From contig CAMAPH010000049.1 of the NCBI GenBank assembly GCA_945859975.1, positions 1-18,426 on the forward strand: DNA of 18,426 nt, read 5' to 3'. Positions 9,129 to 16,390 of this stretch are shown piece by piece. The number at the start of each line of letters is the position of its first letter. Positions within the stretch are counted from its first letter, which is position 1. The DNA is from Chthonomonas calidirosea. Lineage in GTDB: Bacteria; Armatimonadota; Fimbriimonadia; Fimbriimonadales; Fimbriimonadaceae. The position numbers were made by a program, and so were the translations under genes. The notes below the pieces were generated by a model that was not told the DNA's origin, did no database searches, and saw only the letters and a list, made by a program, of their open reading frames with translations.

Positions 9129-9569
9129 TCAGACCTTAAAGAATGCTCCTACGACGGGATGCTGCCGAAGCTCCGCAACTTCCTCTTCCGTCGGACGATG
9201 CGGCCGATCTCGGACTTCGTGGACCACGCAGAGGAACCCAAATTCAGTCCCCCGAGTCGCCCGGAACTGATGCCATGTCTGGGGCGGAATCCTCACGACG
9301 TCATGCACGCCAACTTCGGTGAGCGTGTCGCCAACCATCACCTCGCCGCTCCCCCGAATGATCATCACGAGGTGCGAGTGGTCGTGCCGCTCCATCGTGG
9401 AGTACCCATCCGCTGCCATTTCGAAATAACGAAGCTCAACCGGAAGGTCGTGCTCGGCAGGCGCCAGCGTTTGGCGCGTGATGCTCTTAAAATGGGTGCC
9501 GCCGTCCTCTTTGTAGGGATGGATATCGACGCCGTGCCACGTAAAATTCTCTCCAGACGGACGGATCAT
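9129..9569 (-). CDS. Cupin-2 protein, probable 1-methylthio-xylulose-5-phosphate methylsulfurylase homolog
   Basis: Cupin metal motif ERHDHSH...WHQF. W.GVD...YKE.G...F.S.TRQ.L, ELRYFE, GFLC and RD.P..PTE match my recollection of R. rubrum Rru_A2000. Single Cys (C114, codon 9228-9230). The cupin call is secure; the specific function is less so. Confidence 0.8.
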   Translation of the reverse strand: MIRPSGENFTWHGVDIHPYKEDGGTHFKSITRQTLAPAEHDLPVELRYFEMAADGYSTMERHDHSHLVMIIRGSGEVMVGDTLTEVGVHDVVRIPPQTWHQFRATRGTEFGFLCVVHEVRDRPHRPTEEEVAELRQHPVVGAFFKV

Positions 9570-9841
9570 AGGGTTGGTAAGACAGAAGGAACCCGTAAAG
9601 GATACTCAACTCCTCCCAATGGTCCCAGCCAAAGAAATTTTGCCAAGTTCAGATTCAATGGCATTTAGCTTGTATCACGAAAGAATCTTTGGAAACCATC
9701 AAAGACCACACCATTTTCGAAGGTCACCAAAATTGGGCTCCTAACGGAAACATTTTCATGAATCAATGTTTCGAAGTCGAACGTAAATCCAGTTAAGTGG
9801 AACGTTCCGCTGGCGCAAGGTTTTGTCTTAACAAAATGCTG

Positions 9842-9939
9842 CGGTTAGGGGAAAGCTCGGTCTCCCAGTTGGGATACGGACTCAGGCTTCGGCCAGGTCT
9901 AAAATCGCCAGCTGACCGAGAACTTTCTGTTTCTGACCG
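9842..9939 (+). ncRNA. Candidate structured RNA (rod-like hairpin, unassigned family)
   Basis: Hand-folded: about 38 bp in 98 nt, capped by c(UUCG)g at 9887-9892. Six G-U pairs work only on the + strand. Lies in an intergenic region with no credible ORF. Confidence 0.45.
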
Positions 9940-10087
9940 ACCGTCCAAGCTCATGTAGGTTTGGCTTAGGCGAATGTTAAGACGGGAGAAAATCTGAATT
10001 GTTCAGTTTTCAGACGATTCTCCGGAAAAACGTTAGAAAATTAACGGAACCGAACGCCAAAGATACACGTTACACGCGGTGTATTCA

Positions 10088-10369
10088 ATGAAGAATTACG
10101 CACTTTCGATCATCCTTGCCATTTGCGCTGGCTCGGCTTGGGCTCAACACCAGGCCTACACGCCGGTTGCGTCAATATCCTCAGATACGATCCAGATGAG
10201 CACGGACGCTCAGACCGCGAACAAGCGTGCTGACTCTTCCGCCACTCTCCTGAACTCGAATCCGACCGGTCCGAATGATTCGGCAACCCAAGATCAATCC
10301 GTCCCTAACCATGTGTTCATCCTTGGACTAGGTATGGCGGTGTTCTTCATCGTCGGAAAGCGACGATAA
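10088..10369 (+). CDS. Small Ser/Thr/Asn-rich exported protein with a degenerate PEP-CTERM-like tail
   Basis: Signal peptide MKNYALSIILAICAGSAWA|Q. C-terminus VPN + hydrophobic helix HVFILGLGMAVFFIVG + KRR. Confidence 0.8.
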   Translation: MKNYALSIILAICAGSAWAQHQAYTPVASISSDTIQMSTDAQTANKRADSSATLLNSNPTGPNDSATQDQSVPNHVFILGLGMAVFFIVGKRR

Positions 10370-10433
10370 GCTTCACAAAGCAAAAAACGCGAGCATCAGG
10401 TTCCTCGGCGACTATCGCCTTGGGACCTTCGTG

Positions 10434-10491
10434 TTGTGTGCCTGTCACACAATCCCTCGTCACGCTACGCCTGTCACGCTGACACGGTCAC
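10434..10491. promoter_or_regulatory. Putative operator array upstream of the PEP-CTERM gene
   Basis: GTCAC at 10444, 10459, 10473 and 10487 (15/14/14 spacing). GCCTGTCAC occurs twice. Inverted repeat TTGTGTG-N5-CACACAA at 10434-10452. Confidence 0.45.
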
Positions 10492-10557
10492 GTAAGAGAG
10501 TAACTGCGCGAACGCCCGATCCTGAACCAACATTGAACTGTAATTCAGGAATCCAAC

Positions 10558-11262
10558 ATGAAGCTTTTCATTATTGCTCTCGTATCTGTCGCTGCGATTT
10601 CTGCGGCTCAAGCTCAGCTCCTTTCCGCCCCTGCTTCGAACGTAGATTCTTCAACCCTCACAAACTTCGCCGAAGCCCGCGGACGCGTCGCCTCCAACAG
10701 CTGGAAAGAGGGACTCTTCGCCTCCGATAATCCAAGCTCCACCAACACCAGCAACTCGGTCAGCGCCTGGACGAGCAACGTCTCCAAGCAGTTCACGCTC
10801 TCTTACGATGCTAATTCGAGCACCTTCTCCTGGTCGGTAGGGAACGGCGCAACCCTCACCCGCACCATCGACCCGGGCACCGGCAAAGATTTCGTCGGCT
10901 TCCGCTTCGACGCAAAGTCGACCGCCCAAGCTGGCAAGAACAGCAACACGATCTCGCTCTCAAACCTGAGCTACCAAAGCAACACCAGCCAAAGCCTGAG
11001 CGGAGTCTCTGCTAGCGGCGCAAACACCGTCGGCCAGAGCTACTACTTTGCCAACGGCAAGGCAAAAAGCTTCACCATCACCGGTCTCGCCACCTACACG
11101 GCTGCTGCGAGCAGCCCGGCCGGAATCAACGACGACCGACTCACCTTCTCCTTCCGCGCCTTCAGCGCCAAGACGACTGCCCCGGTTCCAGAACCAGCGT
11201 CCATGCTCGCCCTATCCGCTGGCGTCCTCGCCCTGATCCGGCGACGAAAGAACCAGGCCTAA
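10558..11262 (+). CDS. PEP-CTERM sorting domain protein
   Basis: Signal peptide, Ser/Thr/Asn-rich body, C-terminal VPEPASMLALSAGVLALIRRRK. AGGA lies 7 nt before the ATG. Confidence 0.95.
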   Translation: MKLFIIALVSVAAISAAQAQLLSAPASNVDSSTLTNFAEARGRVASNSWKEGLFASDNPSSTNTSNSVSAWTSNVSKQFTLSYDANSSTFSWSVGNGATLTRTIDPGTGKDFVGFRFDAKSTAQAGKNSNTISLSNLSYQSNTSQSLSGVSASGANTVGQSYYFANGKAKSFTITGLATYTAAASSPAGINDDRLTFSFRAFSAKTTAPVPEPASMLALSAGVLALIRRRKNQA

Positions 11263-11270
11263 GCCCAAAC

Positions 11271-11310
11271 ACAAAAAAGCCCTCGGCATTCTGCCGAGGG
11301 CTTTTTTTGT
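11271..11310. terminator. Bidirectional intrinsic terminator
   Basis: AAAAAA-GCCCTCGGCA-TTC-TGCCGAGGGC-TTTTTTT between convergent genes. Confidence 0.95.
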
Positions 11311-11319
11311 ATTGTTAAC

Positions 11320-11982
11320 TCAGACTTTTTCGACGAGTCGAGCCTTCACGGCCTTCATCGCGGCTTCGGTTCGGCTGTTGACCTGAAGTGCCTTCAGGAT
11401 GTTCGAAACGTGGTTCTTCACCGTCTTCTCGGCAATCGTCAGCTTGGCCGCGATTTCCTTGTTTCGAAGTCCCTGCGCCACGAGGTCCAGAATCTCCTGC
11501 TCGCGATCGCTCAGGACGTAGAGTTCGGTGTCATCGATCTCTTCCTCTTCCTTCACGCGGCGGAAGTCTTCGAGAACCTTGCTCGCAATTCGCGGGGTGA
11601 TCTTCGCTTCGCCGCGCTCGGCTAGTCGAATCGCATCGACGACGTCCTGTGGCGTCGAAGTCTTCAGCAGGTAACCCAGGGCTCCGGCGCGGAACGCTTC
11701 GTAGACCGTGTCGTCATCTTCCTTGACGGTGAGGATCACCACGTTCACGCCCTTCTCTTGACGAAGAATGCGCCGAACGAGCTCGATGCCGTTCATGCGG
11801 GGCATGTTGATATCCGTGAGCAAAACGTCGGGCGGATCCGAAAGGCAGGCGTCCAGTGCTTCTTGGCCGTCCTTACAGACCGCTAAGATCTCGCACTCCG
11901 GCGCTAGGGTAAGCGTCTTCTCCAGGGCCTTTCGATAAGGCGCCTCGTCATCCGCAATAACAATCCGAATCTGTTGCGACAT
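11320..11982 (-). CDS. NarL/LuxR-family response regulator (220 aa)
   Basis: IRIVIADD, DVLLTDINMPRMNG, ILT, GYLLK receiver; LSDREQEIL..VAQGL.NKEIA..L.I.EKTVKNHVSNIL HTH. True start MSQQ at 11982; the longer 12330 start overlaps the ABC gene. Confidence 0.95.
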   Translation of the reverse strand: MSQQIRIVIADDEAPYRKALEKTLTLAPECEILAVCKDGQEALDACLSDPPDVLLTDINMPRMNGIELVRRILRQEKGVNVVILTVKEDDDTVYEAFRAGALGYLLKTSTPQDVVDAIRLAERGEAKITPRIASKVLEDFRRVKEEEEIDDTELYVLSDREQEILDLVAQGLRNKEIAAKLTIAEKTVKNHVSNILKALQVNSRTEAAMKAVKARLVEKV

Positions 11983-11989
11983 CAGCACG

Positions 11990-12019
11990 ATTATACGGGT
12001 TACCGGCGAAAACGTACAA
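11990..12019 (-). promoter_or_regulatory. Sigma70-type promoter, probably leaderless, for the response regulator
   Basis: Minus strand reads TTGTAC-N18-TATAAT-N7-ATG, with no SD. Confidence 0.7.
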
Positions 12020-12043
12020 AAATCCACGATGCCATACTCAGGC

Positions 12044-12985
12044 GTGGCCGTTTTGGAAGTCCGTGATCTCGAAGTTTCGTTCGGATCGACGCGCATTTTG
12101 CGCGGCGTTAGCTTCGATCTCATCGCGGGCGAGACCCTTGGCGTCGTTGGCGAGTCCGGCTGCGGAAAGTCCATGACCGCCTTCGCGCTGATGGGCATGC
12201 TCATTCCCCCGGGCCGAATCTCTGGCGGTTCCATCAAGCTCGAAGGGCGCGAGCTCGTCGGCTTGCCCGAGAAGGAACTCCGAAAAATCCGTGGCGAGCA
12301 GATCGCACTGGTCATGCAGGACCCATTCACCAGCCTTAACCCGATGATGAAGGTGGGCCACCAAATCGGTGAATCGCTCGTGCTGCATCACGGCATGTCG
12401 AAAGATGCGGCCTTCAAGCGTGCCATCGAGCTACTCGACCAAGTCGGCGTTCCCGCTCCCGAAGCCTCCGCCAGCAAATTCCCGCACCAGCTCAGCGGCG
12501 GTCAGAGGCAGCGCATCGTCATCGCGATGGCTTTCGCCTGTAAGCCGAAAGTCCTCCTGGCTGACGAACCCACCACCGCCCTCGACGTCACCCTCCAGGC
12601 CCAAATTCTCCGCTTGCTGCGCGACCTGCAACAGCAAGAAGGCGTAGCGGTCATGCTGGTGAGCCACGACATCGGCGCCATCGGCGCGGTCAGTCAGCGC
12701 ATCGCCGTCTTCTATGCCGGCCAAATTGTCGAACTAGGAACCGCCCCCCAAGTCCTGCGCGAACCGACGATGCCGTACACCAAGGCGCTCCTCAGCGCAC
12801 TCCCCCGAGTCGGCCAAACCCGCCTAGAAACCATCTCCGGCTCCCCGCCCGATTTCGCGACCCTAGGCCCCGAGTGCCCCTTCTCCCCCCGCTGCCCCCA
12901 CCGCCACGATAAGTGCAGCGCCAATCCACCCCTAACCGAAATCGGCCAAGGCCACCAATCCGCCTGCTGGCTGAATATTAAGTAG
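12044..12985 (+). CDS. Oligopeptide/dipeptide ABC transporter ATP-binding protein (OppD/DppD family)
   Basis: Walker A GESGCGKS, QDPFTSLNP, LSGGQRQR, LLADEPTTALD, C-terminal PYT..LL and CPF.PRC......C...SAC cysteine motif. GTG 12044 (MAVLEV) preferred over ATG 12029. Confidence 0.95.
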   Translation: MAVLEVRDLEVSFGSTRILRGVSFDLIAGETLGVVGESGCGKSMTAFALMGMLIPPGRISGGSIKLEGRELVGLPEKELRKIRGEQIALVMQDPFTSLNPMMKVGHQIGESLVLHHGMSKDAAFKRAIELLDQVGVPAPEASASKFPHQLSGGQRQRIVIAMAFACKPKVLLADEPTTALDVTLQAQILRLLRDLQQQEGVAVMLVSHDIGAIGAVSQRIAVFYAGQIVELGTAPQVLREPTMPYTKALLSALPRVGQTRLETISGSPPDFATLGPECPFSPRCPHRHDKCSANPPLTEIGQGHQSACWLNIK

Positions 12986-12989
12986 TTTG

Positions 12990-13036
12990 AGCCCCCTCCT
13001 TTCGCCTCAAGCGAGAGGAGGGGGTTGGGGGTGGAG
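12990..13036 (+). repeat. Pyrimidine/purine hairpin with G-rich tail (BoxC/REP-like element)
   Basis: GCCCCCTCCTTTCGC-CTCAA-GCGAGAGGAGGGGGT (12991-13025), followed by TGGGGGTGGAG rather than a U-tract. Single copy in the window. Confidence 0.55.
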
Positions 13037-13078
13037 AGCCGTACAGAGGTAACTCAAAATTGAACTCGAACCCGGAAA

Positions 13079-13101
13079 CGCAGGCGGGACGCCTACGCTA
13101 C
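13079..13101 (-). repeat. GTAG-family REP-like palindrome
   Basis: Minus strand GTAG-CGTAGGCG-TCC-CGCCTGCG: GTAG tetranucleotide at the foot of an 8-bp hairpin. Single copy in the window. Confidence 0.55.
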
Positions 13102-13128
13102 GCCGAATCCACCGGGTAGCGTCTCCCC

Positions 13129-14004
13129 ATGCTTCGCCCCTCAATCCCATCCCCTGGAACCGCCCTGCGCCAACAGTTCGCCCAAGGGACCGTCGTCCTC
13201 CCCGGCGTCTTTAACGGCATCAGCGCACTCAGCGCGACCAAGGCTGGCGCTCAAGCGCTCTACATCTCCGGCGCCGGCGTCACCAACGCCTATCTTGGAG
13301 TCCCCGATATCGCCCTAGCGAGCTTGAACGAGTTCGCCGCCCAAGCCGCTGCCATCACCCAGGTCTCCCCCGTCCCCGTGATCGCCGATGCCGACACTGG
13401 TTTTGGCGAAGCCTGGAACGTCGTTCGAACCGTGCTGGAAATGGAACGCGCGGGACTAGCCGGAATCCACCTCGAAGACCAAGTCTCACCAAAACGCTGT
13501 GGCCACCTCGATGGCAAAGCGGTCATCCCAAGCGAGCAGATGCAAGAAAAAATCGCCGCCGCCGTGAGCGCCAAACGAGACCCTAACTTCGTCATCATCG
13601 CCCGAACCGATGCTCGCGGAGTCGAAGGACTCGATGCGGCCATAGCGAGAGCAAACCAGTACGTCGAAGCAGGTGCCGACGCGATCTTCCCCGAGGGCCT
13701 GACGTCAATCGAAGAGTTCAAAATCTTCCGAACCCAAGTTAAAGCTCCGCTCCTCGCGAACATGACCGAGTTCGGCAAAACGCCCCTCATTTCCGTCGCC
13801 GAGTTTGAAGAGATGGGCTACGAGATGGTCATATTCCCCATGACCGCATTTCGTGTGATGCTGAAAGCGCTCGACGAGTCGTATGCACTCCTGATCGAAC
13901 ACGGAACGCAGGCGGGTTTCCTAGACCGAATGCGGACCCGAGCCGAGCTGTACGCAACCTTGGATTACCCGCAATACGAGTCGGAAACGTACCGAGTCGG
14001 ATAG
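13129..14004 (+). CDS. prpB: 2-methylisocitrate lyase
   Basis: ADADTGFG, HLEDQ..PKRCGH (KRCGH rather than the ICL KKCGH), IARTDA, ANMTEFGKTP. Adjacent to a citrate synthase-family gene. Confidence 0.93.
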   Translation: MLRPSIPSPGTALRQQFAQGTVVLPGVFNGISALSATKAGAQALYISGAGVTNAYLGVPDIALASLNEFAAQAAAITQVSPVPVIADADTGFGEAWNVVRTVLEMERAGLAGIHLEDQVSPKRCGHLDGKAVIPSEQMQEKIAAAVSAKRDPNFVIIARTDARGVEGLDAAIARANQYVEAGADAIFPEGLTSIEEFKIFRTQVKAPLLANMTEFGKTPLISVAEFEEMGYEMVIFPMTAFRVMLKALDESYALLIEHGTQAGFLDRMRTRAELYATLDYPQYESETYRVG

Positions 14005-14043
14005 GTATCCTCAAGTCGCGTACGAATTCACCGAGGAAAACGA

Positions 14044-15192
14044 ATGAGCGAAAGTGCGACCCCGTATCCGTATAGTCCAGGCCTAGAAGGCGTTCCTGCC
14101 GGCGTTAGCCAAATCAGCGAAATCGACAGCGACCGCAGTAGCTTGCAATATCGTGGCTACGACGTTCACGACCTCGCCGAGCATGGCTCATTCGAAGAGA
14201 CCGCCTTCCTGCTTCTGCACGGCCATCTTCCGAACCAGCACGAACTCACCGATTTCAACAATCGACTCGGCACGGAACGAGAAGTCCCGGACGCTGTTTA
14301 CAGCGCCCTTCGAGCCCTTCCGCCAACCACGCACCCGATGGACAGCATCAGGACCGCATTCTCGGTTCTCGCTGCCTTCGATCCGGATTACACCGAACCT
14401 GCCACCAACCACGAAGCCAACCTTCGAAAAGCCGAAAGAATCGTGGCCAAGGCCGGAACGATGGTCGCAAACGGCCACCGAATCCGCCAAGGTCTGAATC
14501 CGATCAAGCCAAATCCAGACCACACCACATCGGAGAATTTCCTCCACCTCATGACCGGGACGGCGCCCGATCCAAAAACCGCCCATCTGCTGGACGCAAG
14601 TCTCACCCTTTACGCTGAGCACGGCTTCAACGCCAGCACCTTCGCCAACCGCGTCACCGTCAGCACCCTTAGCGACCTGTACAGCGGAATCGTCACCGGA
14701 ATCGGCACCCTTCGCGGCCCGCTCCACGGCGGCGCAAACGAAGAAGCCATGCGAATGCTTCTCGAAATCGGCGAGCCTTCCAATGCTCAGGCATGGATCG
14801 ACGACGCCCTCGAAACGAAGAAGAAGATCATGGGCTTCGGCCACCGCGAGTACAAGAAGGGCGACAGCCGCGCGATGTATCTCACGAAGATCGCTAAGGC
14901 TCTCGGCATCGAAAAGGGCAACACCAAGTTCGGCGAAATCGCCGACATCCTCGAAGACACGATGCGTGAACGGAAGAACATCTTCCCGAACGTCGACTTC
15001 CCTGCGTCGTACGCCTACTACTTGCTCGACATCCCCATCGACCTCTACACGCCGATCTTCGTCGTGGCCCGCGTTTCCGGCTACTGCGCCCACGCGATTG
15101 AGCAGCTCTCGAACAACCGACTCATCCGCCCGAAGGCAATCTTCGACGGACCAGCGAACCTGACCTACGTTCCGCTCGCCGACCGAGCCTGA
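14044..15192 (+). CDS. prpC: 2-methylcitrate synthase / citrate synthase (short type)
   Basis: GLEGV, L.YRGY, AEHGFNASTF, GPLHGGANE, MGFGHR.Y, PNVDF, RLIRP. GAGGA SD. prpC assigned from its position after prpB. Confidence 0.88.
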   Translation: MSESATPYPYSPGLEGVPAGVSQISEIDSDRSSLQYRGYDVHDLAEHGSFEETAFLLLHGHLPNQHELTDFNNRLGTEREVPDAVYSALRALPPTTHPMDSIRTAFSVLAAFDPDYTEPATNHEANLRKAERIVAKAGTMVANGHRIRQGLNPIKPNPDHTTSENFLHLMTGTAPDPKTAHLLDASLTLYAEHGFNASTFANRVTVSTLSDLYSGIVTGIGTLRGPLHGGANEEAMRMLLEIGEPSNAQAWIDDALETKKKIMGFGHREYKKGDSRAMYLTKIAKALGIEKGNTKFGEIADILEDTMRERKNIFPNVDFPASYAYYLLDIPIDLYTPIFVVARVSGYCAHAIEQLSNNRLIRPKAIFDGPANLTYVPLADRA

Positions 15193-15202
15193 TCAAACGC
15201 AA

Positions 15203-15238
15203 AGAAAAGCCCCGGATGGAAACATCCGGGGCTTTTCT
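15203..15238. terminator. Bidirectional intrinsic terminator
   Basis: AGAAAAGCCCCGGATG-GAAA-CATCCGGGGCTTTTCT, a perfect 16-bp inverted repeat between convergent genes. Confidence 0.92.
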
Positions 15239-15247
15239 GTGTCTGCT

Positions 15248-16384
15248 CTACTTCGTCGTGAACGACCAGGTTCGAAGCTCGGTCGCTCCGCTTGCCCGTG
15301 CCGTTCGCACCAGCACGTTGTACTCCGTGCCCTTCCGCAACGGCCGTGCCGGAATCACAAACGCCGTCGCCTTCAAACTCTCATCTTTGGAGCCATCGAC
15401 CACAAAAATGTCGATGGATTCCGATCCGGACGTTAGCTTCGCCTCAACCACCTTCAACGCTTCCTTGTGGCCGAACTCGGCAATCACAATCGGATAGCCG
15501 ACGATGCTCCCCGCCGACTCGAAGAACCGCAACGGATTCGGTCGCTCCGAGTTGAACCAGCTCGCCGGGACCTGCTTCTGATCTACGGAAGGACTCAGAA
15601 CGACGCCTGGCTTGCTCGAGTGACCAAAGATCAAACTCATCGATTCGCCCGACATCCCGGCCCCGGCTTCAATCGGCCCTGGAGCCAAGAATGGCAAACG
15701 GTGATAGGGAGCCGCAAAAGCTGCTTCAACCGATTCCCTCGGTGAAGCCAAGTTATGAACAACTGCTTCCGAAGCCGCCTCATTCCAACCGAACTTGTTC
15801 AGCCGGTCACGCAATGTCCGTCCAAAGAAACCGGTCCCATTTTCTTCCTGCGCATGCCCCGTCCGCTTGTTCTGGTTCAAGTACTGGCTATGAAGCTGCG
15901 CCACGTGAGAAAGACACCGGTCTGTAATTACCGGATCAAGCCCGGTCGCTCGCCGCAGTTCGTTCACAACACTTAAGCTTTCAAGTGCGGCCGCCGATGG
16001 CTCCAAATACTCCCGAGCGGCATCCGTACGAACCATCGCCGTCCAGGATTTCTGGAACATTGACTTCCGATCAATCACGATCTTTGCCGTCACATCAACT
16101 GGTCCCGGTGGCAGCGGTGCGGAGGGCCGAAACTCTAATCGGCCAGATTGCTGCGAATAAGTAGAAGCGACCAGATTGCCGTTTACTTCCATCACCGCAT
16201 CTGTGATCTGTGCGTTGCCTTCTGGGGCGACGCACATCCGGAAAATGGGCTGCGCGACCATCAAGTCCCCGCTAGGACCGTAGCTGTACATTCGTAAAGC
16301 AGGGGCCGGAGCCCCCGCAATGGTTACGCCAACGCACGCAAACGTCAACGACAGACAAACAAGGCGAACTTTCGCCGAAAGCAT
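15248..16384 (-). CDS. Secreted CAP (SCP-like) domain protein with flanking Ig-like domains
   Basis: Signal peptide. CAP motifs VNELRRATGL, AQLHSQYL...GH, R...FG, E, APYHR..FL. Ig-like F.P.APL.PG and C-terminal IP..PL..GTEY.V...WSFTT. Confidence 0.87.
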   Translation of the reverse strand: MLSAKVRLVCLSLTFACVGVTIAGAPAPALRMYSYGPSGDLMVAQPIFRMCVAPEGNAQITDAVMEVNGNLVASTYSQQSGRLEFRPSAPLPPGPVDVTAKIVIDRKSMFQKSWTAMVRTDAAREYLEPSAAALESLSVVNELRRATGLDPVITDRCLSHVAQLHSQYLNQNKRTGHAQEENGTGFFGRTLRDRLNKFGWNEAASEAVVHNLASPRESVEAAFAAPYHRLPFLAPGPIEAGAGMSGESMSLIFGHSSKPGVVLSPSVDQKQVPASWFNSERPNPLRFFESAGSIVGYPIVIAEFGHKEALKVVEAKLTSGSESIDIFVVDGSKDESLKATAFVIPARPLRKGTEYNVLVRTARASGATELRTWSFTTK

Positions 16385-16390
16385 GTCTCT

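Noticed and set aside
9842..9939. SRP 4.5S RNA, 6S RNA, tRNA or c-di-GMP-I identity for the hairpin
   Set aside because: It has UCAGG but lacks the GNRA loop and AGCAG of SRP. No T-loop or cloverleaf. GGUCUAA is present but the GCAAA elements of c-di-GMP-I are not. Stem and bubble proportions do not fit 6S by eye.
9793..9954. 53-codon minus-strand ORF (MSLDGRSETE...)
   Set aside because: No SD or leaderless -10, no recognisable motif, and it overlaps the structured element.
9825..9983. Retron msr-msd (outer inverted repeats around a long hairpin)
   Set aside because: No reverse transcriptase in the window. The 9-bp repeat could equally be a pair of protein-binding sites.
9570..10087. SAM riboswitch upstream of cupin-metY
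   Set aside because: No SAM-I (AUC.AGA...GCAACC...GUGC) or SAM-II core found on the minus strand, and the hairpin present folds better on the + strand.
10398..10428. Hairpin after the VPN mini-gene as an intrinsic terminator
   Set aside because: The stem has an internal loop and only a weak T/G tail. Plausible but not callable.
11983..12330. 116-aa N-terminal extension of the response regulator
   Set aside because: Antisense shadow of the ABC ATPase. A promoter sits directly before ATG 11982.
14188..15093. 301-aa minus-strand ORF and similar antisense or alternate-frame ORFs (e.g. 16748-17308, 9114-9668, 17361-17825)
   Set aside because: They overlap well-supported genes, lack motifs, and are expected from high-GC codon bias.
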